Positions 17,834-27,271 of a DNA stretch of 64,000 bases are shown here, one piece after another; within the stretch, counting starts at the first letter, position 1; the number at the start of each line of letters is the position of its first letter. The translations under genes and the position numbers were made by a program. The notes under the pieces are model-generated. The model was not told the DNA's origin and ran no database searches. It saw only the letters and a program-made list of their open reading frames with translations. This DNA is from Minisyncoccia bacterium (GTDB lineage: Bacteria > Patescibacteriota > Minisyncoccia > JACQLN01), in NCBI GenBank assembly GCA_049274895.1, contig JBASTM010000022.1:2424-66423 (forward strand), in the 5' to 3' direction.

Positions 17834-18793
17834 TTAGGTTAATGTCTGACCAACTATGCAGTTGTAGCCGTTAAGGAATTCGGCCGAGGTTAGGATTTTG
17901 GAACCCTCCGGCTGGAGTTTGGTTATTTTGACCGCGCCGGAGGCGCAGGCGATAAGGAGATTTTTGGACAAGTCGGTAAAAATTTCCCCCGGCTGTTTTT
18001 GCCGAATATGTTGAACATCGGATGTTCCACATTTTTCTATTTGGATGAGTTTGAGGCGGATGCTGGCGCCGGATTTGTTTTTGAAGAAAGTATATACGCC
18101 TGGCCATTTTAGGTAAGCCCGCCAGAGGTTATAGACTTCTTCGGCCGACATTTTTTGCCAATCCACGCGGCCATTTTCTTTTTTAATCAACTTGGTAAAA
18201 GTGGCCTCGGTATGATTTTGCTCGTGGGGTTTTATTTGACCGGAAACATATTCAGGCAAATCATGGATGATCATCTCTGCACCTATTGCAGCCAGTTTCG
18301 GTTCCAAGGTCAGGTAGGTCTCATCGGCACCGACCAAAAAGGCCTTCTGCGAAATCACCGGCCCGTGATCCACTTTTTCATCTATCACCATCAGCGAGAC
18401 TCCGGTTTCGGTTAGACCTTGGACTAAAGTTGCTTGGATGGGCGAGGGACCCCGCAGTTTGGGCAGGAGTGATGGGTGGACGTTGACCGTTCCGAACTTA
18501 GGAATATTGATAACCTCTAAGGGTAATATCTGACTGTAAGCCACCACAACCATAACATCGGGATTGAGAGCGGCTAGATCAGACTTTATATCTTTGATAG
18601 CTGCGGGCGTGGTTGTTTTTAGATTCAACTCTCGGGCCGCTTGGGCCACGGCAGAGTCGGTCAATTTTTGGCGGCGTCCAGCCGGTTTAGCCGGTTCGGA
18701 AACAATTAAAATAATATCCCAATCGGTTTGAGAAGCGATGGTTTTTAATATCGGCACGGCGAACTCCCCGGTTCCAGCAAAAACGATTCTCAT
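17834..18793 (-). CDS. fmt: methionyl-tRNA formyltransferase
   Basis: N-terminal MRIVFAGTGEFAVP formyltransferase fold and a C-terminal domain. Directly downstream of def. Confidence 0.9.
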   Translation of the reverse strand: MRIVFAGTGEFAVPILKTIASQTDWDIILIVSEPAKPAGRRQKLTDSAVAQAARELNLKTTTPAAIKDIKSDLAALNPDVMVVVAYSQILPLEVINIPKFGTVNVHPSLLPKLRGPSPIQATLVQGLTETGVSLMVIDEKVDHGPVISQKAFLVGADETYLTLEPKLAAIGAEMIIHDLPEYVSGQIKPHEQNHTEATFTKLIKKENGRVDWQKMSAEEVYNLWRAYLKWPGVYTFFKNKSGASIRLKLIQIEKCGTSDVQHIRQKQPGEIFTDLSKNLLIACASGAVKITKLQPEGSKILTSAEFLNGYNCIVGQTLT

Positions 18794-19239
18794 TTTAGAT
18801 GGTCGACAAATAAAACGCCGTTCAAGTGATCTACTTCGTGCAACACGAGGCGGGCGAGCACGCCTTTGACCCTGATCTTAAACTTTTTACCGTTTTCATC
18901 TACAGCTTTGACAGTGGTTTTGTCGGCCCGAGCCAGTTCGTGCCAGCGTTCCGGCAAACTCAAGCAGCCTTCTTCTTCCACCACATTTTTTTTAGATACT
19001 TGAGTTATCTCGGGGTTAATAAAAACAGTATGGCCATCTTTGGCGACTCCATCCGCCACCACAAACATACGAATGTTTTGGCCCACTTGAGGTGCGGCTA
19101 GACCTACGCCGTTAGGGGCCGCGGCCAAGGTTTCTTTCATATCTGTTACCAACGCCAAAATTTCGGGCGTGATTTTTTCAATCAGCTCCGATTTGGCCCG
19201 CAATACTTTATTTTTTGATCCGGTTACGATATTTAGCAT
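18790..19239 (-). CDS. def: peptide deformylase
   Basis: Motifs GVGLAAPQVG, EGCLSLP and HEVDHLNG. Confidence 0.9.
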   Translation of the reverse strand: MLNIVTGSKNKVLRAKSELIEKITPEILALVTDMKETLAAAPNGVGLAAPQVGQNIRMFVVADGVAKDGHTVFINPEITQVSKKNVVEEEGCLSLPERWHELARADKTTVKAVDENGKKFKIRVKGVLARLVLHEVDHLNGVLFVDHLK

Positions 19240-19492
19240 TTGGTTTTTTTGTTAAGCCCTTCAGCGCCGCAAAAAAATACTTGCCCCGCGACTCTAACGG
19301 CAAATCCTTTTTACCCAAAACTCTTTTGGCTAAAGCCCGCAAATCCGATTCGTAATATAATTGGGCGATGCCTAAATAGGCGGCAAAATTTTTCGGCTCA
19401 GCCATCAGGCGCGACATATCATCGGCCAAGAGGTGTTCCTTGGAATAAAGCCGTTTATTTATGGGCCTTTTTATTATATCTGGCAATTTCAT
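19208..19492 (-). CDS. hypothetical basic protein (94 aa)
   Basis: ORF with a GGTGA RBS-like sequence upstream. Overlaps the def start by 32 bp. No recognisable domain. Confidence 0.4.
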   Translation of the reverse strand: MKLPDIIKRPINKRLYSKEHLLADDMSRLMAEPKNFAAYLGIAQLYYESDLRALAKRVLGKKDLPLESRGKYFFAALKGLTKKPNAKYRNRIKK

Positions 19493-19559
19493 GGTTCGAT
19501 TTCACTCACCATAAATGTTATCATCTTAAATATGGTTCGATTTCACTCACCATAAATGT
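19491..19559. repeat. 28-bp tandem direct repeat (x2, 13-bp spacer) covering the RBS and start codon of the 94-aa ORF
   Basis: ATGGTTCGATTTCACTCACCATAAATGT occurs identically at 19491-19518 and 19532-19559. Confidence 0.8.
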
Positions 19560-20203
19560 ACCCAATTTACGCCATATTTGAAAGGATAGTCTGGCTGTTT
19601 ATTTTTATAAGCACGCGATTCTTTTGTGTGTTCAATGTCATCGGACGGGAAAACATAAAAAACCTGCCCCGCCCCTTGATGATTATTGCTAACCACCAAA
19701 CTTTTTTTGATCCCGTGATAATAGGTACAGTTTTCCCATTTTTTTCAAAATACATTCCTATCGCTTTCATGGTGGACGACAGATATTATCACAATCCATT
19801 TCTTAAAATATTTTTCAAGCTGACCTACACCTTTCCATCCCACTACGGCCAAGGTTTGGATGTTTCGTTAAAGAAACCGCGGCGGGTTTTAAGAGACAGG
19901 GGAGTATTTTTAATTTTCCCTTCCGGCGAAAGGCATCGGGGCGGTCCGGCGCCGCGCCCCAAAAGGGGCGCGGCCGTGCTGGCCCTGGAAACACCCAACC
20001 TCACCATCTTACCGGTCTGGCTAAAAATAATTAAGAGAAAAATAACTGTGGTGATCGGACAAAGTTTCAAACTTAGGGAAATAACTTCAAGCCACGCTAT
20101 CAGCGAGGTGGCTCTGGCTCTGTCGGAAGAGATCTTTAAGTTAGAAAATAGAGCTCAATTTGCTTTTCTTAAAACATCCACCGTGCCGGAAAAAGAATCC
20201 TGA
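19556..20203 (+). CDS. 1-acyl-sn-glycerol-3-phosphate acyltransferase-like (PlsC family)
   Basis: HX4D motif (IANHQTFFDP) and FPSGER (the FPEGTR-like motif). Confidence 0.65.
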   Translation: MYPIYAIFERIVWLFIFISTRFFCVFNVIGRENIKNLPRPLMIIANHQTFFDPVIIGTVFPFFSKYIPIAFMVDDRYYHNPFLKIFFKLTYTFPSHYGQGLDVSLKKPRRVLRDRGVFLIFPSGERHRGGPAPRPKRGAAVLALETPNLTILPVWLKIIKRKITVVIGQSFKLREITSSHAISEVALALSEEIFKLENRAQFAFLKTSTVPEKES

Positions 20204-21249
20204 GTCAGGATAACATCATCATCTTTGGTATCATTCGGGAAGATATCCTCCAGATATTGCGGCCGCGTCCAGCCGCGTTTAAGAGCCAAGAGAACCGGCA
20301 CGGTGGCCGCGGTCATTCTGATATTGGCCTCCAAAACAGAAATCTGGCCGGAGGGTTGGATGATAAAGTCCAATCCCCAAAAACCCTCGTACCCGCCCAT
20401 AAGTGGACCTAAGTTTTTGACAGCACTCTCAAGCTGCCTCCATAGACCAGAATCCAAATCGTCCAATTCCAGAATCTGGGAACCGACAAATCTTTTGCCC
20501 TCGGCAATAAGTTGCCGGGTGAAACCAAAAACAATTGTTTGGGCGCGGTCAGGATAACTGACGCATTGGATGCTGTGGGGAACGCCTTTAATATATTCCT
20601 CAAAAAACCAGCCGCTGGGAGTTTTTAAAAACAATTCATCAAAATCCTTACCGGATTCATCTATGTTGAAAATTTTGTTGCCGGAGGCGCCGAAGCTGTT
20701 TTTAATCAATCCGCGCTCACCATTTCTCCTTATTTCCAAAATATCGCTTGGGGAAGATATCTCCCGCCAGCGGGGTGTAGCTTCGCCCCAAAGTTTTTTC
20801 TGGCTCAATTTGTTGTTGAAACTTACAAGACTGCTATAGTTAAAGTTAAGCCGCAAGTTATGGCGCTGGGCCAACAGATCGGCTTGAGGATGAGCTACAG
20901 GTACCCAAAGGGATTTGATATTATTCTCGGAGATAAAGTCGGGTGATATCTTCTCGAATATAGAAACCCGGGAATCCTCGCCCCGTTCCAAAACTAGGAT
21001 GCGATTGGGCGAATCATATTTAAGATCGCCGGCGAGATCGTTGGCCGTAACAAACTTATTCTCCAAAATCCAAGGCAGTAGGTTTTCATAACTCCATAGC
21101 CACGGCACGGCCGCGGCCGACGTGTCGCCTAGAGCTCTAAAATCGCAAGCGTAAAGTGCGGTTTCGTCCTGTAAAAAAACAATATCCTTTGGTTGGAGAG
21201 TCTCGCGGACTGTCATACTTGAATTGTGACTCATAGGCTTAAAAAACAC
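20155..21249 (-). CDS. ATP-grasp domain protein (hypothetical ligase)
   Basis: C-terminal ATP-grasp-like segment GLDFIIQPSGQISVLEANIRMT preceded by EEYIKGVPHSIQ. Function unknown. Confidence 0.5.
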   Translation of the reverse strand: MFFKPMSHNSSMTVRETLQPKDIVFLQDETALYACDFRALGDTSAAAVPWLWSYENLLPWILENKFVTANDLAGDLKYDSPNRILVLERGEDSRVSIFEKISPDFISENNIKSLWVPVAHPQADLLAQRHNLRLNFNYSSLVSFNNKLSQKKLWGEATPRWREISSPSDILEIRRNGERGLIKNSFGASGNKIFNIDESGKDFDELFLKTPSGWFFEEYIKGVPHSIQCVSYPDRAQTIVFGFTRQLIAEGKRFVGSQILELDDLDSGLWRQLESAVKNLGPLMGGYEGFWGLDFIIQPSGQISVLEANIRMTAATVPVLLALKRGWTRPQYLEDIFPNDTKDDDVILTQDSFSGTVDVLRKAN

Positions 21250-21250
21250 A

Positions 21251-21787
21251 ATGATAATTTTAGCTATCCTGATTTTAGAAATAATATTGCTGGCCGTGGC
21301 GGCGGTTTTATTCGTTTTCTTTATGGTGCCTCTCTTTTTTTATGGCGCGCCTTTTTTACCCTCGTACCGCCGGCGGAAAAAAGAAATCCTGGGACCACTT
21401 TTTGAATTGGCTCGTTCTGCTCCGGGTAATAAATTTGTGGACTTGGGCTCGGGCGACGGCCGGGTGGTTATGGAATTTGCCCGGCAAGGTTTTGAGAGTT
21501 GGGGCGTGGAATTTAACCCGGCTTTGGTTTTATGGAGCCGGATAAAAATTAAAAGATCAAAAATAAAATCTCAAAACGCCAAAATAGTCTGGGCGAGTTT
21601 TTGGAACTTTGATCTTGGCAGTTTTGATATTATCTATATTTATCAACTGACTTCGGTCAACGCCCTCTTGGCCGACAAGTTCAAAAAAGAATTAAAAAAC
21701 GGCGCCTTAATCATCAGCGCCGGATTCTTCTTGCCCAACTTTGAGCTGGTTAAAAAAGAGGGGATATTTTGGGTTTATAAAAATTAA
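21251..21787 (+). CDS. membrane-anchored class I SAM-dependent methyltransferase
   Basis: N-terminal TM helix and motif I VDLGSGDGRVV. Confidence 0.6.
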   Translation: MIILAILILEIILLAVAAVLFVFFMVPLFFYGAPFLPSYRRRKKEILGPLFELARSAPGNKFVDLGSGDGRVVMEFARQGFESWGVEFNPALVLWSRIKIKRSKIKSQNAKIVWASFWNFDLGSFDIIYIYQLTSVNALLADKFKKELKNGALIISAGFFLPNFELVKKEGIFWVYKN

Positions 21788-21820
21788 AAGCAGGCAATGG
21801 TTACCATTGCCTGCTATGAT

Positions 21821-22291
21821 CTAGTCACATCCATCACTGCAACTAGCGCAGGAATCACTACAGGAATCACAGCTGCCGACCTCATGGGCCCAAAGTTTTG
21901 GGTTGTAGAGAATACCGGCTTTGTCCATAAAACAGACCGTAGCCTCCGAGGAAAGAAGCTTGCGACCGCTCAAAAGATCGTTCGGCTCGTGGTGGATGAA
22001 CTTTCCCCCGACAGTCCGTTTACAAAAACTATCGTAGTCGCGGGTGTACATCAAGAAAGTGTGCCAGCCAATGTCCACCAGCCGCGATGGGGCGAAGCGG
22101 CGATCGGGATAATTGCCGCACAGAAAGAGAAAACCGAGAGTGGCATCCATTATGGAACTGGCTATCTCTTCAGAAACTTGATGGTCTTTCTGGATTCTCC
22201 TTACCAATCTGCCCCAAAGCTGATTGGAGATCAGGCTCCTACTCCTATAATAGAATCGCTCCGGTTTAGCCATCTTCTGCGAAGCACTCAT
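21821..22291 (-). CDS. hypothetical protein with Cys-rich C-terminal tail
   Basis: GAAAGGAG RBS 5 nt upstream of the ATG. C-terminus CDSCSDSCASCSDGCD. The overlapping plus-strand ORF was judged less likely. Confidence 0.45.
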   Translation of the reverse strand: MSASQKMAKPERFYYRSRSLISNQLWGRLVRRIQKDHQVSEEIASSIMDATLGFLFLCGNYPDRRFAPSRLVDIGWHTFLMYTRDYDSFCKRTVGGKFIHHEPNDLLSGRKLLSSEATVCFMDKAGILYNPKLWAHEVGSCDSCSDSCASCSDGCD

Positions 22292-22358
22292 AAAAACTCC
22301 TTTCTTTTTAAGTTAAAAGAACAGCTCCTAGTCTAAATAGTAAAATCAGATGAGTTTT

Positions 22359-22387
22359 TTGTCAATTAGCCGGATTTTTTGTATAAT
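22359..22387 (+). promoter_or_regulatory. sigma70-type promoter TTGTCA-17-TATAAT
   Basis: TTGTCA at 22359-22364, TATAAT at 22382-22387. This places the real start of the downstream gene at or after 22424. Confidence 0.5.
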
Positions 22388-22423
22388 TTAATAGTGTTAA
22401 GCCAACAGACGATACAAAAAATG

Positions 22424-23338
22424 GACAACTATTTGCAAGCAGGCGAATACAGAGGAGTAAAAATATTTATTGATAATGACCGCACCAACGGCTATGAATT
22501 CAGCAACCCTTTAAGGAGGTTGGTTAATTTTTTTATTACCCACATTCTTAACACACTCCCAGCCAGCTTCCAGACCTATATTAAAAAATCACACAAATCG
22601 GCCGAAGAAATAATTGAACACGCCACCACCCATCGAGCTCTAGAAGTCCTATATAATCATGGTAGATCCAACAAATCTAATGGGCTTATCCAAAAAATAG
22701 CCCACCTAATTTGGTTTGGTATACTCAATAATTCTATTGCTGTACGAAACCGACTCAAACTAACCAAAAAAGAAATAGAAACCGCCATATACGACATAGA
22801 CCAAACCGGATTTTATCCGTCAATAAATATACTCAGCATCGCTTCAGGTTCGGCCAGAGCCGTAATAGAAGTTTTGCGGAAATTCAATTCACCCCAAAAA
22901 CCAATAACGGCTAAGTTCTTAGACAAAAATCCCGCAGCCATTGCATACAGTAAAGAGCTCGCTGGGGATTTGGCGCAAAAATATAATCTCTCTTGGATTA
23001 CGGACACCGCCGGAAATTTCTACAAACATTATCGTGGGAAAGAGAATCCTGATATTATTGAGATGGTGGGCTTGTTGGATTATTTTGACGAAACCAAATC
23101 TATAACATTACTAGCGTTTATAAATGAATACCTGCGAGTTGGCGGTATTTTTATAACAGCCAATATCATTCATAACCGGGAACAGAAATTCATTTCCCAT
23201 GTGGTAGGCTGGCCAATGATCTACCGGACACCGGAAAACCTTATAGATATGACTTTGGCCGCCGGTTTTACACCACAAAATATAAAAGTGGTCTGCGAAC
23301 CGTTAAAAATCCACGCTGTCCTTATAGCCAAAAAATAA
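22424..23338 (+). CDS. SAM-dependent methyltransferase-like protein
   Basis: Motif-I-like ILSIASGSARAVIEVL, plus MVGLLDYFDE and GGIFITANI. The start was moved downstream of the promoter. Confidence 0.5.
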   Translation, partial: DNYLQAGEYRGVKIFIDNDRTNGYEFSNPLRRLVNFFITHILNTLPASFQTYIKKSHKSAEEIIEHATTHRALEVLYNHGRSNKSNGLIQKIAHLIWFGILNNSIAVRNRLKLTKKEIETAIYDIDQTGFYPSINILSIASGSARAVIEVLRKFNSPQKPITAKFLDKNPAAIAYSKELAGDLAQKYNLSWITDTAGNFYKHYRGKENPDIIEMVGLLDYFDETKSITLLAFINEYLRVGGIFITANIIHNREQKFISHVVGWPMIYRTPENLIDMTLAAGFTPQNIKVVCEPLKIHAVLIAKK

Positions 23339-24982
23339 ATGGAACTTTTCGCCATTTCTGGGCTTATAAACGGGATTGCCTCTTTAAGTTTTGCCCTATT
23401 AATTATCTATAAAAATTGGCGTGATGCTATAAACCGCGTCTTCTCTCTTTTAATGCTAGCCGTAGGTATATGGTCGGTTGGTTATTGGCAATGGCTTTCC
23501 AGTGTTTCGCACGACCCAGCTTTATTCTGGATAAGAATATTATCGGTTGGATCCACACTGGTACCTGTTTTTTATTTGCACTGGATCTTGTTATTACTAG
23601 AACGGAAAAATATCCGCAGACTCCTTATTTCCACGTATATATTATTATCTTTAATACTTTCTTTAACTTTCTCTAATCTTTTTATTAAAGATGTAATACC
23701 AAAATCTTTTTTCCCGTTCTGGCCAGAACCAGGTTTAATATACCATTTTTATCTTTTTGTGGTTTATTTCGTTTTGGTTACCTATGCATTTTGGTTACTG
23801 GTCAAAACATACAGAATTTCCAATCAAGACAAAAAAGGGCAGATATTCTACGTGATTTTGGGATCAATCGCCGGTTTTGGTGGGGCATTAACTAATTTCT
23901 TTTTATGGTACGACATTTCCATACCGCCTTTCGGTAATTTTTTTGTATCCGCTTTCCCTGTTTTTTTTGGCTATGCCATGTTGAAACATAAATTATTTAA
24001 CTCTAAAGTTGTAGCTACGGAACTGCTTACATTTTCCATATGGATATTCCTGTTAATACGGACTTCTACTTCCATAACTGTACAAGACTTTGTTATCAAT
24101 GGCGGTGTATTTATACTAACTGTCTTTGCCGGAGTATTCTTGATTCGCAGTGTCATCAGAGAGGTGGAGCAGAGGGAGAAATTGGAGAGTTTAACGACAC
24201 AATTAGAATCAGCCAACACCGAACTTAAGCGCGTAGATGCGGCTAAATCGGAATTCGTGTCCATAGTTTCGCACCAGTTGCGGACGCCGCTGACGGCGGT
24301 CAAGGGCTATATTTCCATGATGATCGAAGGCACCTACGGCAAATTGCAAGAGGTTCAAAGCGCCACTTTGCAAAAAGTGTTCCAGTCGGCCGAGCACTTG
24401 ATCACTTTAGTGAACGACCTTTTGAACATGAATCGCATAGAGGAGGGGAGAATTATTTATGAATTCAAGGCGGTGGACTTGGCCCAGATGGTGGATGACG
24501 CCGTTTTTGAATTCAAAAATATGGCCGGGGATAAAAAATTGAATCTGACCTGGATCAAACCCCACGGCCTCCCCCTGGCCTGGGCCGACGCCGACAAAAT
24601 CCGCCAGGTGGTGGTTAACTTTATAGACAACGCCATCAAATACACGGCGGCCGGCGGCGTCAATGTTTTGTTAAAATTGGAAAACGATTACCTGGTCTAC
24701 CAGGTGAGCGACACCGGCGTGGGCATGGGGCCCGAAGAAAAAGCGCGGCTGTTCAAAAAATTTGAGCGCGGCGAGGGCGGCCGCTTGATGTATACCGGCG
24801 GCACCGGCTTGGGCCTATATGTGGCCAAAATGATGACCGAAGCCCACCACGGCGAAATATCCGGCGTCTCGGAAGGTAAAGACAAAGGCAGCACCTTCGG
24901 CATAAAAATACCCACCGAGGAATTCGCCAAGAAAAACAACGTCAACCAGCAACCTCCACAACCAATCACGCCATCCAGTTGA
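23339..24982 (+). CDS. sensor histidine kinase (multi-TM input domain)
   Basis: About 7 TM helices, HisKA H-box SHQLRTPLTAVKGY, HATPase_c motifs (NAIKYT, DTGVGM, GTGLGLYV). Confidence 0.85.
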   Translation: MELFAISGLINGIASLSFALLIIYKNWRDAINRVFSLLMLAVGIWSVGYWQWLSSVSHDPALFWIRILSVGSTLVPVFYLHWILLLLERKNIRRLLISTYILLSLILSLTFSNLFIKDVIPKSFFPFWPEPGLIYHFYLFVVYFVLVTYAFWLLVKTYRISNQDKKGQIFYVILGSIAGFGGALTNFFLWYDISIPPFGNFFVSAFPVFFGYAMLKHKLFNSKVVATELLTFSIWIFLLIRTSTSITVQDFVINGGVFILTVFAGVFLIRSVIREVEQREKLESLTTQLESANTELKRVDAAKSEFVSIVSHQLRTPLTAVKGYISMMIEGTYGKLQEVQSATLQKVFQSAEHLITLVNDLLNMNRIEEGRIIYEFKAVDLAQMVDDAVFEFKNMAGDKKLNLTWIKPHGLPLAWADADKIRQVVVNFIDNAIKYTAAGGVNVLLKLENDYLVYQVSDTGVGMGPEEKARLFKKFERGEGGRLMYTGGTGLGLYVAKMMTEAHHGEISGVSEGKDKGSTFGIKIPTEEFAKKNNVNQQPPQPITPSS

Positions 24983-25080
24983 ACCTACAAAAACATCATA
25001 AAACACATCCGACTCTAAATAACGATCTGTTAATCAACATAAGCCAAATCGACTAACTAATAAGTATTAATCAATATAAA

Positions 25081-25127
25081 ATTATAACATTAAGTTCACG
25101 ATCGTATGGTAAATGTTATAATTTTAT
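25081..25127. repeat. conserved ~46-bp element, copy 1 (TTATAACATT-N-CACGATCGTATG-N-AATGTTATAA)
   Basis: Inverted arms ATTATAACATT/AATGTTATAAT around a CGATCG-containing core. Each arm reads TGTTATAAT (extended -10) outward. Confidence 0.7.
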
Positions 25128-25165
25128 GTACATCTTAATTAATAATTAAGTATATAAAGACGGGC

Positions 25166-25693
25166 TTATAATTCGTGAAGTGTTCCTTTCTTGCTGACGC
25201 TGACGATATGAATTTTATCCTCGAGTTTAAAGTCTTTAATGGATTTTATAAATTCTTCGGGCAGCGGTGCGTAGCCCAACCAAACGCTTTTTTGTAACTG
25301 TTCATATTCCAGAGCAACCAATTCATATCTAATCCAGTCCCGTTTTTTTCTATTGGACTCCGGAATATCATACATTACCAATCTAGGAATTCCGTCTCGT
25401 TGCGCCGGGCTCATCAAGTTTTGGTGATACTTAGTTTTTTTATGCCCAATTTTGGTTAGGGACCATCTAGATTTATGGCCGCGGCAATCCTTTACCACCA
25501 ATCCTTCTTTTTTAAGATGATTCAGTAAGGCCGAAAAGGTCGGCCGAGAAAACTCATAACCTGTTGGTAAACCCAAAACTTGCCGCCAAACGCGACTTTC
25601 CGCACGGTTCCTCGGAAGCATTGAATCTAGAGTCAATCCTCCCGACTCGGCCAGCTTTTCTAAAATTAAATTGGTTAATGATTTTCTATTCAT
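25166..25693 (-). CDS. hypothetical DNA-binding protein (N-terminal winged-helix-like; C-terminal region of unknown fold)
   Basis: The N-terminal ~80 aa are HTH-like. The C-terminal IPRLVMYDIPESNRKKRDWIRYELVALEYEQLQKSVWLGY loosely recalls the Cas2/VapD pattern, which is speculative. Flanked on both sides by the 46-bp element. Confidence 0.5.
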   Translation of the reverse strand: MNRKSLTNLILEKLAESGGLTLDSMLPRNRAESRVWRQVLGLPTGYEFSRPTFSALLNHLKKEGLVVKDCRGHKSRWSLTKIGHKKTKYHQNLMSPAQRDGIPRLVMYDIPESNRKKRDWIRYELVALEYEQLQKSVWLGYAPLPEEFIKSIKDFKLEDKIHIVSVSKKGTLHEL

Positions 25694-25741
25694 TATAAAA
25701 CTAGTCTCTAGTCTACTGTATATTATTTTTACAATTTTATA

Positions 25742-25788
25742 AATTATAACATTATTCTCACGATCGTATGATATTTGTTATAAATTTG
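25742..25788. promoter_or_regulatory. conserved ~46-bp element, copy 2; likely divergent promoter/operator for the wHTH gene and aspS
   Basis: AATTATAACATTATTCTCACGATCGTATGATATTTGTTATAAATTT. Outward-facing TGTTATAA(A/T)T boxes point toward both flanking gene starts. Confidence 0.55.
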
Positions 25789-25879
25789 AATAGTTCTTAA
25801 ATTCTTAAATATAGCTTAAATTGTCAAATGGTTGTATTTATTGCTACGATGCTGTGGAAAATGTTAAAATAAATGTTAT

Positions 25880-27271
25880 ATGGAACGGATTTTGATAGCT
25901 AAAACCCCTCAAAAAAAGGGAGATAAGGTTAAAGTTTGCGGCTGGGTTTGGACGCGGCGGGATCACGGCAAGCTTATTTTTATTGATGTTAAGGACAGCA
26001 GTGGGATTCTGCAGTGCGTTTTTACGCCCGGCGACGCCGGACTGCATAAATTGGGCGACACTTTACGGACGGGCTTTGTGGTGGAACTGACGGGCCAAAT
26101 CGCGGAGAGGCCCAAAGGCATGGTCAATGCCGAAATTCCCACAGGGGAGATTGAACTCCAAGTCTCAAACCTGATTGTGTTAAACGAATCACCCACACCT
26201 CCTTTTGCTTTAGATACCGACGGTCTGGAAATAGGGGAAGATGTGCGAATGAAGTACCGCTACTTAGATCTGCGGCGCGATCGGTTGCAAAAAAATATTC
26301 GCCTGAGGCATCAGCTGATCCAATTCATCCGCGAGTGGTTGGCCGCCAAAGATTTTACCGAAATAGAAACGCCGATCTTGACCAAATCCACACCCGAAGG
26401 CGCGCGCGACTACGTGGTGCCCTCGCGGCTCCAGCACGGCAAGTTTTACGCTTTGCCCCAAAGCCCCCAGCAATACAAGCAATTATTGATGGTGGCCGGC
26501 TTTGAAAAATATTTTCAAATAGCGAGATGTTTTAGAGATGAAGATACCCGCGGCGACCGCCAGCCGGAATTCACCCAGCTGGATTTGGAAATGTCGTTCG
26601 TGGATAGGGAAGACATAATGGAACTGAATGAAAAATTGCTGATTGATTTGGTTAAACAAGCGACTCCGTCCAAAAAAATCCAGGATCTGCCCTTCCCGCG
26701 GCTGACTTACCAAGAGGCGATGACAAAATACGGCACCGACCGGCCCGATCTCCGGCGCGACAAAAACGATCCCGATCTTTTGGCTTTCGCTTGGATAATT
26801 GATTTTCCATTTTTTGAAAAAACCAAAGATGGTTTGTGGACTTTTACGCACAATCCATTTTCCCGGCCCAAAGATGAACATATTGGCTGGTTGATGAACA
26901 AAGAAAAAATAGGCGAGATATTAACTACCCAATATGATGTGGTGCTTAACGGTTTTGAAATCGGCGGCGGCAGTATTCGCAATCATCAGCCCGAACCGCT
27001 AAAAAAGGTTTTTGAAATTATGGGTTTTAGCGAAGACAGGATCGTCAATAATTTTGGCCATATGTTAACGGCCTTAAGCTACGGCGCTCCGCCTCACGGC
27101 GGCATTGCTTGGGGTTTGGACAGATTAACTGCCATTTTGGCGGGCGAACCTAATATCCGTGAAGTCTTGGCTTTTCCCAAAACCGGTGATGGCCGCGATT
27201 TGATGATGGCCGCGCCTTCGGAAATCAGCCAAGAACAGTTAAAAGAACTCGGCCTTTCAATTAAAAAATAA
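25880..27271 (+). CDS. aspS: aspartate--tRNA ligase (bacterial-type catalytic core, lacking the GAD insertion domain)
   Basis: N-terminal OB fold, QSPQQYKQLLM, motif 2 FRDEDTRGDRQPEFTQLDLEMSF, motif 3 GAPPHGGIAWGLDRL. The 463 aa length implies no GAD domain. Confidence 0.85.
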   Translation: MERILIAKTPQKKGDKVKVCGWVWTRRDHGKLIFIDVKDSSGILQCVFTPGDAGLHKLGDTLRTGFVVELTGQIAERPKGMVNAEIPTGEIELQVSNLIVLNESPTPPFALDTDGLEIGEDVRMKYRYLDLRRDRLQKNIRLRHQLIQFIREWLAAKDFTEIETPILTKSTPEGARDYVVPSRLQHGKFYALPQSPQQYKQLLMVAGFEKYFQIARCFRDEDTRGDRQPEFTQLDLEMSFVDREDIMELNEKLLIDLVKQATPSKKIQDLPFPRLTYQEAMTKYGTDRPDLRRDKNDPDLLAFAWIIDFPFFEKTKDGLWTFTHNPFSRPKDEHIGWLMNKEKIGEILTTQYDVVLNGFEIGGGSIRNHQPEPLKKVFEIMGFSEDRIVNNFGHMLTALSYGAPPHGGIAWGLDRLTAILAGEPNIREVLAFPKTGDGRDLMMAAPSEISQEQLKELGLSIKK

